DNA from: Callorhinchus milii
Lineage: Eukaryota
Direction: 5' to 3'
Assembly (NCBI RefSeq): GCF_018977255.1
Contig: NW_024704743.1
Coordinates: 17,672,001 to 17,736,000 of the forward strand
Length of the DNA stretch: 64,000 nucleotides
Shown: piece after piece, positions 50,203 through 61,320 of the stretch
How the letters are laid out: each line of letters opens with the position of its first letter
Position numbering within the stretch: the stretch's first letter is position 1
The notes under the pieces: generated by a model
What the model was told of the DNA's origin: nothing
Seen by the model: the letters and a program-made list of their open reading frames with translations, nothing else
The model's database searches: none
Made by a program: the position numbers and the translations under genes

Positions 50203-52274
50203 GTTCGTGTAAATAGAGTTTATTTGTGATGTCTGTCGGGACTTCAAAGCTGAATCTTTTACTATAATCTAAAATCTTAAAATCCATAACATCTGGTACG
50301 CAGACAACATTAAGATTCCCACATTCGGTCCATCACCATGACTGTCTGCCTTCTTCCACCTCTGAAACATTGCCTGATCATGCCTTTATCTCACTCCGCT
50401 GCTATTAACAGCCTCATCCATGCTTCTGTCAGCAACAACTTGCATTTATTTAGTGCTCTTCACGTAGGGTAGCATCTCTGCTGTCCACTTGAGGATAGTT
50501 TTCTTTTAGTGTTCTCACCCAGCACCCTACTTCCACTCTGCAGAAGTTTCAAATATTCGAGTTCTTTCCCAAGCTCTGCACATGCATTACCTCTTCATCA
50601 AAATATAATCCTTCACATTTGATAAAGAACCATTCACATCAGGGGGACATCTCAAAGTGTTTCACAGGATATGCTGTAAAGTGTTGTGACTGTGTATTTT
50701 GTAGGCGAATGCGACAGCCAGTTTGTGCCCAGCAATGTCACACAAACAGTGAATGGCCAATTTTATCTGGGAGGATTGAGAGAAACAGGACATTGAGAGA
50801 AACTCCTTTCTCTTTTCGAATAATGCTTTGAGAGCCTTGTTCTGTTTTTCAAATCTCGCTATGATGTCACACCGTCCTATCCATGTAATCGCTTCCACCT
50901 TACATTGCAGTAATATTTTACACAAAATGTTATTGGAATATGGAAGACAAGTGGAGCTGAACCCATGGCAACATTTAAAAGGGAATTGTAGAAATACTTG
51001 AAAGAAATTAATATTAAAGAAGATGAGCAAAGAACCGGGGAAGGCATTTGAGTATATAGAGTCAATGAGCTAAACAAATACAGATATAATGGTTGAATGG
51101 CTTCTATTTTCCATGATTCCAATTGTATGTATTTTTAAATAAAACATATTATCCCTTTGTATGATGCAGATTTTTACCGACAAACCCTGGCTGCAGTGTT
51201 TGACTTAAATGTAACGTTTTCTTTTGCCTAATAGACCATATAGAATGACAGCGGTAAAATTATTAATGCACTTGGTGGCTTTGTTAGCAAAATAATCTTG
51301 CTAATTGGAATGTTAATGGAAAAGTAGAGATTAAAATGCAATTACATACTGCGCTTAATGGAGACAGAACATAGTTTTATTAAAGTCAAAAGTTACTTTC
51401 CAGAAATCAACAAGAATTTAATAAAAACTTGTCCTCCACTTGTTTTCCATATTCAACAACTTTTTGACATTTCAGTTAATAGGATGTGCTGTGCATTGTG
51501 CCCAATACACATTTGTATTAAAGTTTACATATTCATTCCTGTCCAAAAAGTTTTGTGAATTGCGATGATCCCATTTGCATTCATAGTGACTTTTTACAAA
51601 TCAGACTCATTCTCTTATCACAAAAGCTGGAGTGAATTTTCTTTACAGTAAAACAGTGCAATGTAGTCATGTGAATTATTCATCAGAAAATGTAGCAGTT
51701 TATAAATTAGCTGTTGTTCCATTGTTGTTCTACCATAAAACAACCTTTGTGGAGTAAAATCCTGCAAAACCTTAGTTAACCTTAGCATTGTGCCATTAAC
51801 TGCAATGACACATTGGTGACTAATCATTACACAAATAGTTATGAAAAACAGCCCATATGTTTGACACATGTTGAGATAATAATTATACCTCATATTCGTA
51901 ATATTTTTTGCTAGAGGCAAATGCTTTAGCTTCCAATGAGTTTAATTCTTACCCCAATTTACTCAATCATAAATAGAGTTGCACTTTTTAAAATTATTGG
52001 GCAGCTGCAAATTGGACCAGCAATAGAAGTCACTTCTGGAGTTTATATTTTGGTATTATCACATGATTTTTATTCATGAGGAAATGAATTGAGGTTTAAG
52101 AAATTTGAAAGTTGTTATTGAGTTTAATGGAGACGAGCGTTTTAAGATAATTTTACATGTTGGGAGAATGCAGGTAGTTTTCATTTAATTGCATTTATCA
52201 GTAGATTGATTTTAATAGTGGGGAAATTGCTGTAATAGGGACAATTACTCATACCAAAATTTTGAAAAATATAA

Positions 52275-52460
52275 TAAATAAAATAATAATAATCCTTGCA
52301 TTTCATATAGAGCTTTTCACGTCTTCTAGACGTCTCAGAGCCCTTCACAACATATGCTGTAAAGTGAATTGACTGTATATTTATGGGCGAAACACGGAAG
52401 CCAATAGCGCACAGCAATGTTCCATAAACAGTCGTGGATTGAAGTGACCAAATTATTTTT
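52275..52460 (-). mobile_element. SINE 3' half
   Basis: Reverse complement of body and tail. Confidence 0.88.
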
Positions 52461-53135
52461 TTTTATATCAAATCAAACATCAAATTCATTGTTGTCAATC
52501 ATTTTAAAATGACATGTTGTTTAACTTTCTTTTGGTCTAATAATTCTGTGGCTATCTATCTACAATCTTACAGATTTTATCCATTGCTATTGAGCTTATC
52601 TCTGAATCCATTGATTCATTTTGAACCAGCTACAGACTAAAATCTATAAGAAATCTGTAAAATCTAAAAGAAAGATGGAGAGCACAGTGTGTTTGTGTTA
52701 AAAGAATCATTATTCTACATTTGTTACACAGAAATGACCAGCACTTGTAAGTAAACAATGGGTATCAATGTTTGAATATTCACAAAAACAGTGTCAAAAT
52801 GGAGGGGGTGCAGAGAATATTGATTGAAATCGGAAAACAGGTATGTTAACACGAGGGGAGAACACAAACACACCTGCACCAGGTAGGAGAGGACTGAGGT
52901 GCACCTCAGACAGGCAGCAGAAATCAGCGTATCGGGCGGATAGGAGGGGAATAATGTTGAGGGTTGTGTGAAAATCTCAGATAAAGTTCTAGATATGTGT
53001 TGAAAATGTACTGAGCCCTGGAAAGACTGGCAATTTGAAATACTTAAACTGAAACAAGAACCAGCCTTTACAAGTCTATATTTATATTAGTTTCTCGAGA
53101 GTATGACTGCTTGTGTTCCTCTCCCGTTGTCGCAG

Positions 53136-53226
53136 GATCGGGGAGAACCAATATCATTATTGGTGCCATCGCAGGTACTATCCTGGTGGCGGCCCTGCTA
53201 TTAGGGGGCACGGCGTGGGTTTACAA
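53136..53226 (+). CDS. ADAM22: ADAM22 transmembrane exon: SGRTNIIIGAIAGTILVAALLLGGTAWVY(K)
   Basis: tcgcag|...|gtgagt; hydrophobic helix TNIIIG.IAGTILV. Confidence 0.97.
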
Positions 53227-53365
53227 GTGAGTATCAAACCTTTCTCATTGCATTGCCGAACGACTTGCTTCAATTCATTTCCACATATCTGGAACCAAAT
53301 CAGCAACAAAACCTTGTCAAATATTATCTTCCGCTGGGTAAATATTTCAGTAGTCTATACATAGT

Positions 53366-55000
53366 TTAGCTTCCTTCCTCTCCCGCCACTCCCTTCTCGA
53401 ACCGCTCCAATTGGGCTTCCGTGCCGCCCACAGCACAGAAACCACCATGGTCAAAGTGACAAATAACATTCTGTCCATCTGCGACCAGGGCTCCCTCTGC
53501 CTCCTCGTCCTCCTTGACCTCTCTGCTGCTTTCGACACCGTCGACCACTCTGTCCTCATCAACCGCCTCTCCTCTCACCTTAACCTCCTCGGCGCTAACG
53601 CTTGCACTTCATCTCTTCAAACAGCTTCTCCTCTAGCATATGGACCGTCTTGTGCGGCGTTCCTCAGGGCTCTGTCCTTGGTCCCCTCCTCTTCAACATC
53701 TATTTATCTAGTATTAAGTATATTTATTTATCTAGTAGTAAGTAGGAACTCACTTGTTAGTCGATTGGCGGATCGCTTTCCGGGGATAATAATCCCTTCA
53801 AAATACTTATAGTTTGGTCACTCAATCCACGACTGTTTGTGGGACGCTGCTGTGCGCAATTGGCTGCCGCATTTCGCCCACAAATATACAGTCAATTCGG
53901 TTTACAGCATATTCTGTGAAGCGCTTTGAGACGTCGAGAAGACGTGAAAAGCGTTATATCAAATGCAAGGGTTATTATTATTATTATTATATGCTCCCTC
54001 TTGGTGACATTGTCCGCAGACATGGGGTCAACTTCCACATGGATGCGGATGACACTCTCTCTCTGCCTCCACCCTTGACTCCAGGACCACTGCTGTCCTG
54101 ACAGAATGTCTGTCAGACATCAAGTCCTGGATGAGAGTTAACTTTCTTCAGTAGAACGTCAACAAGACCGAGGCTCTCCTGATAGGCTTCCGTCAGCGCC
54201 TCCTCACTTCAGGCACTGACAGCATCACCATCCGTGGATGTACACTCCACCTCACTGAGCCAGTCCAGAACCTTGGGATCTTGTTTGACCCTCAACTACC
54301 CTTTCTACCCCACATCTGCGCCATGACCCGCTCTGCCTACCCCCACCTCCGCAACGTTGCCCGGCTCCGACATTGTCTCACACCGCAGACTGCCGAAACC
54401 CTCAAACATGCCTTCATTACATCGAGGCTCGACTATGCAAACTCACTGCTTGTCTGACTCCCCAACTCCACAGGCTGCAGATCATTCAGAACTCTGCAAC
54501 CCGTGTCCTCTCTCGCACCAGGCTCCCCGACCCTATCACCCCCATCCTTGCCCAACTCCACTGGCTTCCCATCACAGAGAGGATACAGTCCAAGATCCTG
54601 GTCCTCATCTTCAAAGCCCTCCACGGTCTTGCTTCCCCCTACCTCTGCAACCTCCTAACCCCCTACCATCCTGTTTGCTCCCTCCACTCAGCGGGCTCTG
54701 GCCTGCTTCACATCCCCTGCCTTGCTCACCCCACTATCGGCGGGTGGGCCTTCCGCCACTCTACACCCACCCTCTGGAACTCCATCCCGCATTTCCTCTG
54801 TCTCACCCCCTCTCTCGCCATCTTCAAGACCCACCTCAAGACCCTCCTCTTCAAACATGCTTTCGATCTCCCTACTTCCCCCCTGCCCTCCCCCGTCCCC
54901 CACCCGACCCTCAGCTCGAGTCCGTAACTCTGTTTGTCCAACGGCTTGGGATGTCCTCTCGACATGAAAGGCGCTATACAAATGTAATTTTGTTGTGTTG
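53366..55000 (+). mobile_element. 5'-truncated L2 (RT to 3' tail) with nested SINE
   Basis: GFRAAHSTET, LDLSAAFDTVDH; very similar to 44430-45740. Confidence 0.93.
53704..53990 (+). mobile_element. 5'-truncated SINE nested in the L2 RT region
   Basis: Splits L2 sequence aacatctat|atgctccctc. Confidence 0.9.
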
Positions 55001-55016
55001 TAGTTTACACATTTAC

Positions 55017-55235
55017 TCTGGAATTCCATTCCCCAGTAACTCCGCCTCGCCCCCTCCTTAGCCTCTTTCAAGTCCTGTCTCAAGACCTTCCTCTTCAACC
55101 GTGCCATCGGCCATTCCCCTTCCCTCCCTTCTCCCCCCCTGACCCCAGTTCGGGTCTGAAATGCAGTACACTGTCCAACGCCTTGGTACATCCTCCCGAT
55201 GTGAAAGGCGCTATACAAATATAATCTGGTTGATG
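55017..55235 (+). mobile_element. Second L2 3' end in tandem
   Basis: ctctggaattccat..ctcaagaccttcctcttc..gtgaaaggcgctatacaaat. Confidence 0.88.
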
Positions 55236-55439
55236 TTATAGTGTTCTTCCCATTCCTCCTTCTCTCCTCCCCCACCCAATCCCCCCCACGAGGATTCCGG
55301 GAACTGTTGGACTAGACGAACATAGTCTAGTGACTTATCCTTTCCTTGCAGGAGATGTAAGCAGTGTCCCCTTGGAGTTCAGTTGGCTCCAAAGGGACCT
55401 GCTTGACAACCAAATTTTGGAATGAAATCAGTCATGTGT

Positions 55440-55720
55440 GGCAGACTTGGGAGTATTCCAGGGGACTGCTCATGACAGCCCAGCCAGCCTGGCTCATCGG
55501 CAGGCCTTGGAAGGGCAGATCGATCACAAGGGAGCAGGGATTCTCCCCAATCAACTCCTGTTTACCCTGGAAGCCAAAGTGCATAGTTACAGTGGTCCTA
55601 ACTGGAGAAGTAGTGGGATGCTTGTCAAACAGTGCTCTCAATGGCAGGCCATGTAGCTTTAGAAGAATCTGGTTTAGATACTCTTAAGAACGTTGATGGG
55701 TTTCCGCATGTGTAAGACAC
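55440..55720. repeat. Unclassified interspersed repeat copy, internally deleted
   Basis: actgctcatgacagcccagccagcctggctcat..gatactcttaag. Confidence 0.75.
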
Positions 55721-55931
55721 CCAGCTAACCAAAAACAAGTTGCTGAAAGTAAGAGAATGCAAGATTGGTTGATCGAGAAAAGGTGTTTAACCTCCAAAGA
55801 GTTTATTGACCATTAATTAAATAGTGTAACTTTTAGTGTTCCTGGAAATTGACTATTTGAATTTCTTCTCTCAACTGTTGGCACTAATTTAGTTTCTATT
55901 TCCTTGCTCCCTTCTGCTCGACATTTGAAAG

Positions 55932-55949
55932 AAACTTCAGGCAAGGAAG
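55932..55949 (+). CDS. ADAM22: ADAM22 18-nt microexon: NFRQG(R)
   Basis: Long pyrimidine tract, gaaag|AAACTTCAGGCAAGGAAG|gtatgt; phase 2/2; aligns to human NYREQR. Confidence 0.85.
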
Positions 55950-56732
55950 GTATGTTCATTTTCATTATCAAATGTTTGGTCTTCTATATTTTGTTTTAGA
56001 GGGGAAGAAAAACACACCCTAACTTGGAGTCTCTCATTCTGATACATATTCACAGTGATAATCCTCCCATCCACATCTTTACTATTCCGCCCCCCATTTG
56101 ATTGTGTGTTTCTCCCACCCCAGCCACTGGGAGCAACCAGTGGTGGCTTTCAGCACAGCTCTGAGGTTGACTGTTGGGAGGTGTATGTCTGCAGGGCAGG
56201 GATAGTTTTGACTCTCCCAAGAGAGATTCAGCTTAAGCTCTGCCCTGCTGTGCTCCATCCAGTCACCAACAAGGCAAAACTCACCCAAATGGCAACAGGT
56301 GAGTCAGAGTGCCGGTCAATTTGGACTTGGGGTATGGATCAGCCATTGATCTAATAGAATGATGGAACAGGCTTGAGGGGCTGAATGGCCTACTCCTGTT
56401 TCTATGTTCCTACGTTCAAGCTGTGTTTTTCTGGAGCTCCGGGACTGCCCAGCGCCAGGTTCATCACAGAAACACGTACATGTTGGGTGAGCTGAGTGTT
56501 AAACCTGTTAAGACTGTGCTTCGATTTTAACATTATCTTTACAGCTTTTGTTTCCCACTTAGCAAAGCTTTATAAATATGTTGCTTGTGATACCATGCAG
56601 CATAACATCAACCAAATTTGAGCTTTGAATCCAACAGTTATGATGGATAGCAATGTTATGGTGGATGGTAGTTCTAGATGTACTTGTTCTGGGTTTGATG
56701 GCTCTTCTTTCCTACCTTCCCACTGTTTGTAG

Positions 56733-56843
56733 GCAAATGCCACAAGGAGACTATGTCAAAAAGCCTGAGGATGCTGACTCTTTCTATAATGACATACCTC
56801 CTGGAGTCAGCTCAAACTTTTCAGCATCTAGTTCTAAGAAAAG
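56733..56843 (+). CDS. ADAM22: ADAM22 cytoplasmic exon: [36 protein letters not shown](R)
   Basis: ttgtag|...AAG|gtctgc; symmetric 111-nt exon. Confidence 0.95.
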
Positions 56844-57325
56844 GTCTGCATTTCTCTTTCAACCTGTTCTTTTACAAGCAACAAGGATATTTAATTAATT
56901 TAGACAATTAAGTAAAGCACATGAGTAAAAAGAGAGAGAATCTTAGGCTTTCATCATTTCGGATACAATATCCCCCTGTGTGTTTGGATACAATTGCAGA
57001 CATCGCTTGTGTAGCCAGTTGTGTATTTTTTACCCTCAACGGGTTTCAGACACTAAAAAGCCTACACCTGCCTTGGGAGAAGGTGGAAGGCAAACTACAA
57101 ATTAGATTGTGGTTCCCACCCAAACTGATCAAACTTCAAAAGCGTCTTTTAAGTTAAAATGATGACTTTTTTCACAGAGAGACTCAGTCCTGCATGTAAA
57201 TTAGGGAGAGACAACAACTCTGGTATTTTTATTTCACTCCATCACTGCTCTCCTCATTGCTGGTGAAAGCCACTGCTGAGCTGCTCCTAACTCTGGCTCA
57301 CAAATCCTAGACCCTGAGGTCACAG

Positions 57326-57585
57326 TACAATACAAAATTACATTTGTAAAGCGTCTTTCAGGTCAGGAGGACGTCCCGAGGCGCCTAACAGTCAGGGATT
57401 AGGACCTGATTAGGGAGGGGTGGAGAGCAGGGAGGGTAGGAGGGTGACCGAAGGCACGGTCGAAGAGGAGTGTCTTGAGATGTGTCTTGATGGAGGCAAG
57501 GGAGCGAGCAAGGCGAAGGGAATGTGGGATGGAATTCCAGAGGATGGGGGCAGAGAGAGGGCAGAAGTTAAGGGGTAAGGGTCAA
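57326..57585 (-). mobile_element. L2 LINE 3' end
   Basis: Tail and C-terminal remnant. Confidence 0.88.
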
Positions 57586-58931
57586 CTGGAAAGCCTGTGA
57601 GTTGCTGGCGTGTCTTTTGCAACGGGCGCATGAAAAGTTATTGACATTGCCCACTTGTGAGTGGTGCATGACATGGACTGCAGAGTCCAGGGTGACTGGA
57701 TGCCACACATTGCACCAGCAGTGTTTGAGGTTAGGAAACAGAAACCAGTGCTCATTATTCCACCCCAGCTCAATGGCCAGTGCTCACTCCTGCAGGCATA
57801 TTTACTACAATATTCTGTCCTATCTTTCCCAGTCAGTAAAATAGATGTAGTGCTTCTCCAGACATTGTCGAAGGCTGTTATCATAGAATCATAGAATTTT
57901 ACAGCACAGAAGGAGGCCATTCAACTCATCGTGCCTGCGTCTTTGAAAGAGCTACCCACCCCCAGGGCTATGACTCACCCTGGGGGAAAATTCCACCTGG
58001 GTCTCTAGATTTACTCTATGAACATAGAATTTCAGAGGAACCAGAATTAGACAAATTGTTGAAATTCAGTCTGAGCTTTGAAGTCAATTTTCTGTAGTTC
58101 TTGAAACATCTTACAGAATACCGCCATCAAAATTAAGACTACACTGTATTTAAGAATTTGCCAAATGGATGCTCTAAAATGCTACATAAATTAAGAAAAT
58201 CTAGACCTATTTGGGAAATTTCTCCCCAAATGTGTTGAGAGATTTAGGTTGAACGCTTGAGTTTGTGTGCAGGTGAAAATGATTTGCTTGCAACATAGAG
58301 CCCCCTCTTCCCACACCTTGAACATTGGCATATTGGAATTGGGGCTGCTCCTATCTATTCATTTACGGACAGGAGTTTGACAGTCTCGGAGGGAACCAAT
58401 TTTGACTACTGAAGTTTTCTAATGAACAAATTTCCTTTGAGTATTACCGTCCATCTATTCCTTCCACGTGCAGACTCTGAAATGGTCTTGAAAATAGGCT
58501 GATACAGTTGCAAGTTTTTTTTTAAAAAGTACATAAGTAAAACAGAGATAAGGAGCACACAGGTGGAAATTGTGAATGTACAGCACGACTTTGCGCACAC
58601 GCAAAGCAGAAAATTGGGACGCCTTTCCTTCGCTTGTGAGTCAGCTGCAGTGTAATGAATTGCATGCACCAAGGTAAGCATAAAAGGGTTGTCACGCCAA
58701 AGGCTGCACTTTCTGTTAACTCATGCAAGTTTCTTTGTTTGAATGTCACCGTCAGTATTGCATCAAAACAAATAACAGATGGAGTGACGTCTCCGTTTGG
58801 GTATTGTGACAATGCACGTTTGAGAATCCACAGAATAATCAAATGTTCCCATTATTCTCTGGAACCTCATCAAACCTTTGATTAACTCCAAGCGGAAACT
58901 GTATTGTATTGTGTGCCTCACTTTATTTCAG

Positions 58932-59032
58932 ATCAAATGGACTCTCGCATTCTTGGAGTGAACGGATTCCAGAGGAAAAACATATTTCAGAAGTGTGTGA
59001 AAATGGCCGACCAAGAAGTAACTCTTGGCAAG
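58932..59032 (+). CDS. ADAM22: ADAM22 cytoplasmic exon: [33 protein letters not shown]
   Basis: tttcag|...|gtttgt. Confidence 0.97.
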
Positions 59033-60337
59033 GTTTGTGCTCTTTAATATTTAATGCAAGTTTCATTTTTAGTTGGTTAACCCCAGTACAACATGACGGA
59101 TAAAACCTCCAAACCGTACCCATGGCTAAATTTTACATTGTTGGTATATTTGGGATTGAAGTCAGGGAATGGAAAGGATGCAGTAGCAACACCGTAATGC
59201 TATAGTGATGGCAACTCTTAAGTGCATTGTATCATAGAAACAGGAAGAGGTCATTTAGCCCATCGAGGCTGGTCCAGTAATTTATTAGATCATGGCAGAT
59301 CTTTTAAAACCATTTCTTTATACCTCTTCATAACCTTATTAAACAAGCAGAGAACCATCTCTATTTTAACAATGGCTCAATTAAAGTTGGTTATTTGCTG
59401 TGTACAATATCGATTGCCGCATTTTACTGCCAAAAATACAGTCACTATAGAGTAAATCCCTTGAAGTGCTTTGAGACATTCTTGCCAAATGTAAGATTAG
59501 TATTAATAATAATGTAAATTTTTGATCTGATCTCACTTCCAATCAGAAATTTAAATATTATGTTCACTTGGTTGGATCTGGATACCAGAGAGAAGAGTTT
59601 CCATGGTTCATCTTGTCACTTCCTTTCCCCTGTCCCAGTTAACCTGCTTTATATCAGTTCCTCATCTAAATTAACCCTAAATTCAAATCAACTCCAAATT
59701 CAAATTAATTGGCTACTCATCTCATCTTGATGGGTTTTATGGTGTGCTGTGGTGCCGATTAACTTTATATGGTTTGGTTTGCATGCAGAAACGAGAGCAC
59801 ATTCCACGTTGAAAGGTCTTCTTGTTTCTTATCCTTTACTGAGGCACAGAATCTGAGCCCGTGTCTGTTCAATGCATGCTTGCGTTGCGATGTCATTGAT
59901 GTTGCTTAGCACTGGAGCCTGCATGGAGATGGGGCGTGAAGCGAAGTAGAGTTAGAAATTCAACACCTGCTAGTTGGTGAGTTCACATTCATGTCTTTCT
60001 CTGCTCTCTGCTACCTTCAGTCCTGCTCTGTGCTAGCTCCAGATGTGAAAGAGCGTGAATGGGACGTGGGAACATCAGCACGTTCCCGATAGTGTCACCC
60101 CACGTGAGATGTTTTTGCATGTTGTAAAGTGTTGCCATTTTTCCTTCCCTTCCCTACTGTCTACTGCAGCCATTTAGAATACGAGAACATATTATCAGGG
60201 TTGGAAACCTCCTTGGAGCACAGCAGTAAGTCACCGCAAGCAAGATCCCATCATTTTATTTCCAGGTTGTTGTCTGGCAGACGGAGGAACAGGAATGTAA
60301 CAGTTGCTACTGGAGAACTTCTTTCTTTAGGCTTATG

Positions 60338-60401
60338 CCAGTGCCTTGGGATGTCCTCCCAACGTGAAAGGCGCTATACAAATGTAATTTTGTTGTTGTT
60401 C
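60338..60401 (+). mobile_element. L2 3' tail immediately upstream of an ADAM22 acceptor
   Basis: gccttgggatgtcctcccaacgtgaaaggcgctatacaaatgtaattttgttgttgtt. Confidence 0.9.
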
Positions 60402-60428
60402 TGATTATGTTTTGATTATTTCCTTCAG

Positions 60429-60495
60429 GGAATTTGGGAGCCAACCGAAAGAAAATGAAAGGAAAGAAATTCAGACCACGCTCTAACTCTACAGA
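60429..60495 (+). CDS. ADAM22: ADAM22 cytoplasmic exon: NLGANRKKMKGKKFRPRSNST(E)
   Basis: cttcag|...|gtgagt. Confidence 0.97.
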
Positions 60496-60949
60496 GTGAG
60501 TACACAGCTTTGAAGTAGAAATTGTTTTGGCGTGATGCATTACATTCTGTATTTTCTATCTGCACTGAGGAAAACAGGAGAATGGGACTAAATGGATACT
60601 CTTTCAGAGAGCTGGCCAGCACGTGTGTAATGGGCTGAAAGGTCTCCGTCTGTACTGTCAATTTCCATTGTTCTACATGTTTTATGGTGTGTACAGTAAG
60701 TAACTTCAGCAAGTGGGGTTTTCTTCATTGACTTCTTTAAGCGTTTGCCTTTCTTACTAAAAAAAACTTGAATGAGCTGTTGAAACCGTTCTAAGAGTTG
60801 CGATCTGCCCTCCCCACCATCAGCAGTCGGGCCATCAGCCTTTCTGCCCCGACCCTCTGGAACTCTGTCCCGGAGCCTCTCCGCCTTTTCCATTACACTA
60901 TAACACACTCAGGACATTTTTACCCATGACAATAAAAGGATTTCTTTCA

Positions 60950-61320
60950 GGGGCATCCCTGATGGTGTAATGGGTAGAGCTGCACTTCACAGTTCAAGTA
61001 CTTGCTGGTTCAAATCCCAATCCATGCTTAGAGGTGCATGTGGAGTTTAAATTGGCCCTGGCCTTCCCAGGGTTAAGGAGGGGAAAAACCAACCAGGGTT
61101 CCTGCTTCTGGTCCTTATGTAGTATTGCGTACTGTGCATGTGTGTGTAGGTGCGTGGGAGCCAGGTGGGGAGAGGTCAGGCTTGGTGGAAGCCCTCTACA
61201 GTCAAGTGGCCCGCTGACAATCATTGCCAAGGTTTACATATGAGCAATGAGCACAGTGCGAGGCACCAGATGGCAACGATGGCCCATGAAGCCGCACCCT
61301 AGAGGAGGCGGCTAGAACAA
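60950..61320 (+). mobile_element. Old tRNA-headed SINE-like repeat (second family)
   Basis: tggtgtaatggg / ggttcaaatccc boxes; ggaggggaaaaaccaaccagggttcctgc core loosely similar to ~21270-21450. Confidence 0.55.

Larger units (their letters stand above)
211..60495 (+). other. ADAM22: ADAM22 gene span within window (24 coding exons; 5' and 3' ends outside window)
   Basis: Manual splicing of 24 AG/GT-bounded exons gives one continuous frame. Diagnostic ADAM22 peptides: [77 protein letters not shown]. The tail distinguishes it from ADAM11 and ADAM23. Confidence 0.97.

Noticed and set aside
461..53990. Recurring near-identical segments resembling an array or CRISPR
   Set aside because: Irregularly spaced, in both orientations, with SINE or L2 structure. 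Eukaryotic context with no cas genes.
54357..55275. Overlapping 184-234 aa ORFs on both strands
   Set aside because: Alternative frames of GC-rich L2 sequence.
211..60495. Assignment to ADAM11 or ADAM23
   Set aside because: Some ectodomain and TM positions look ADAM11/23-like, but the cytoplasmic exons are ADAM22-specific.
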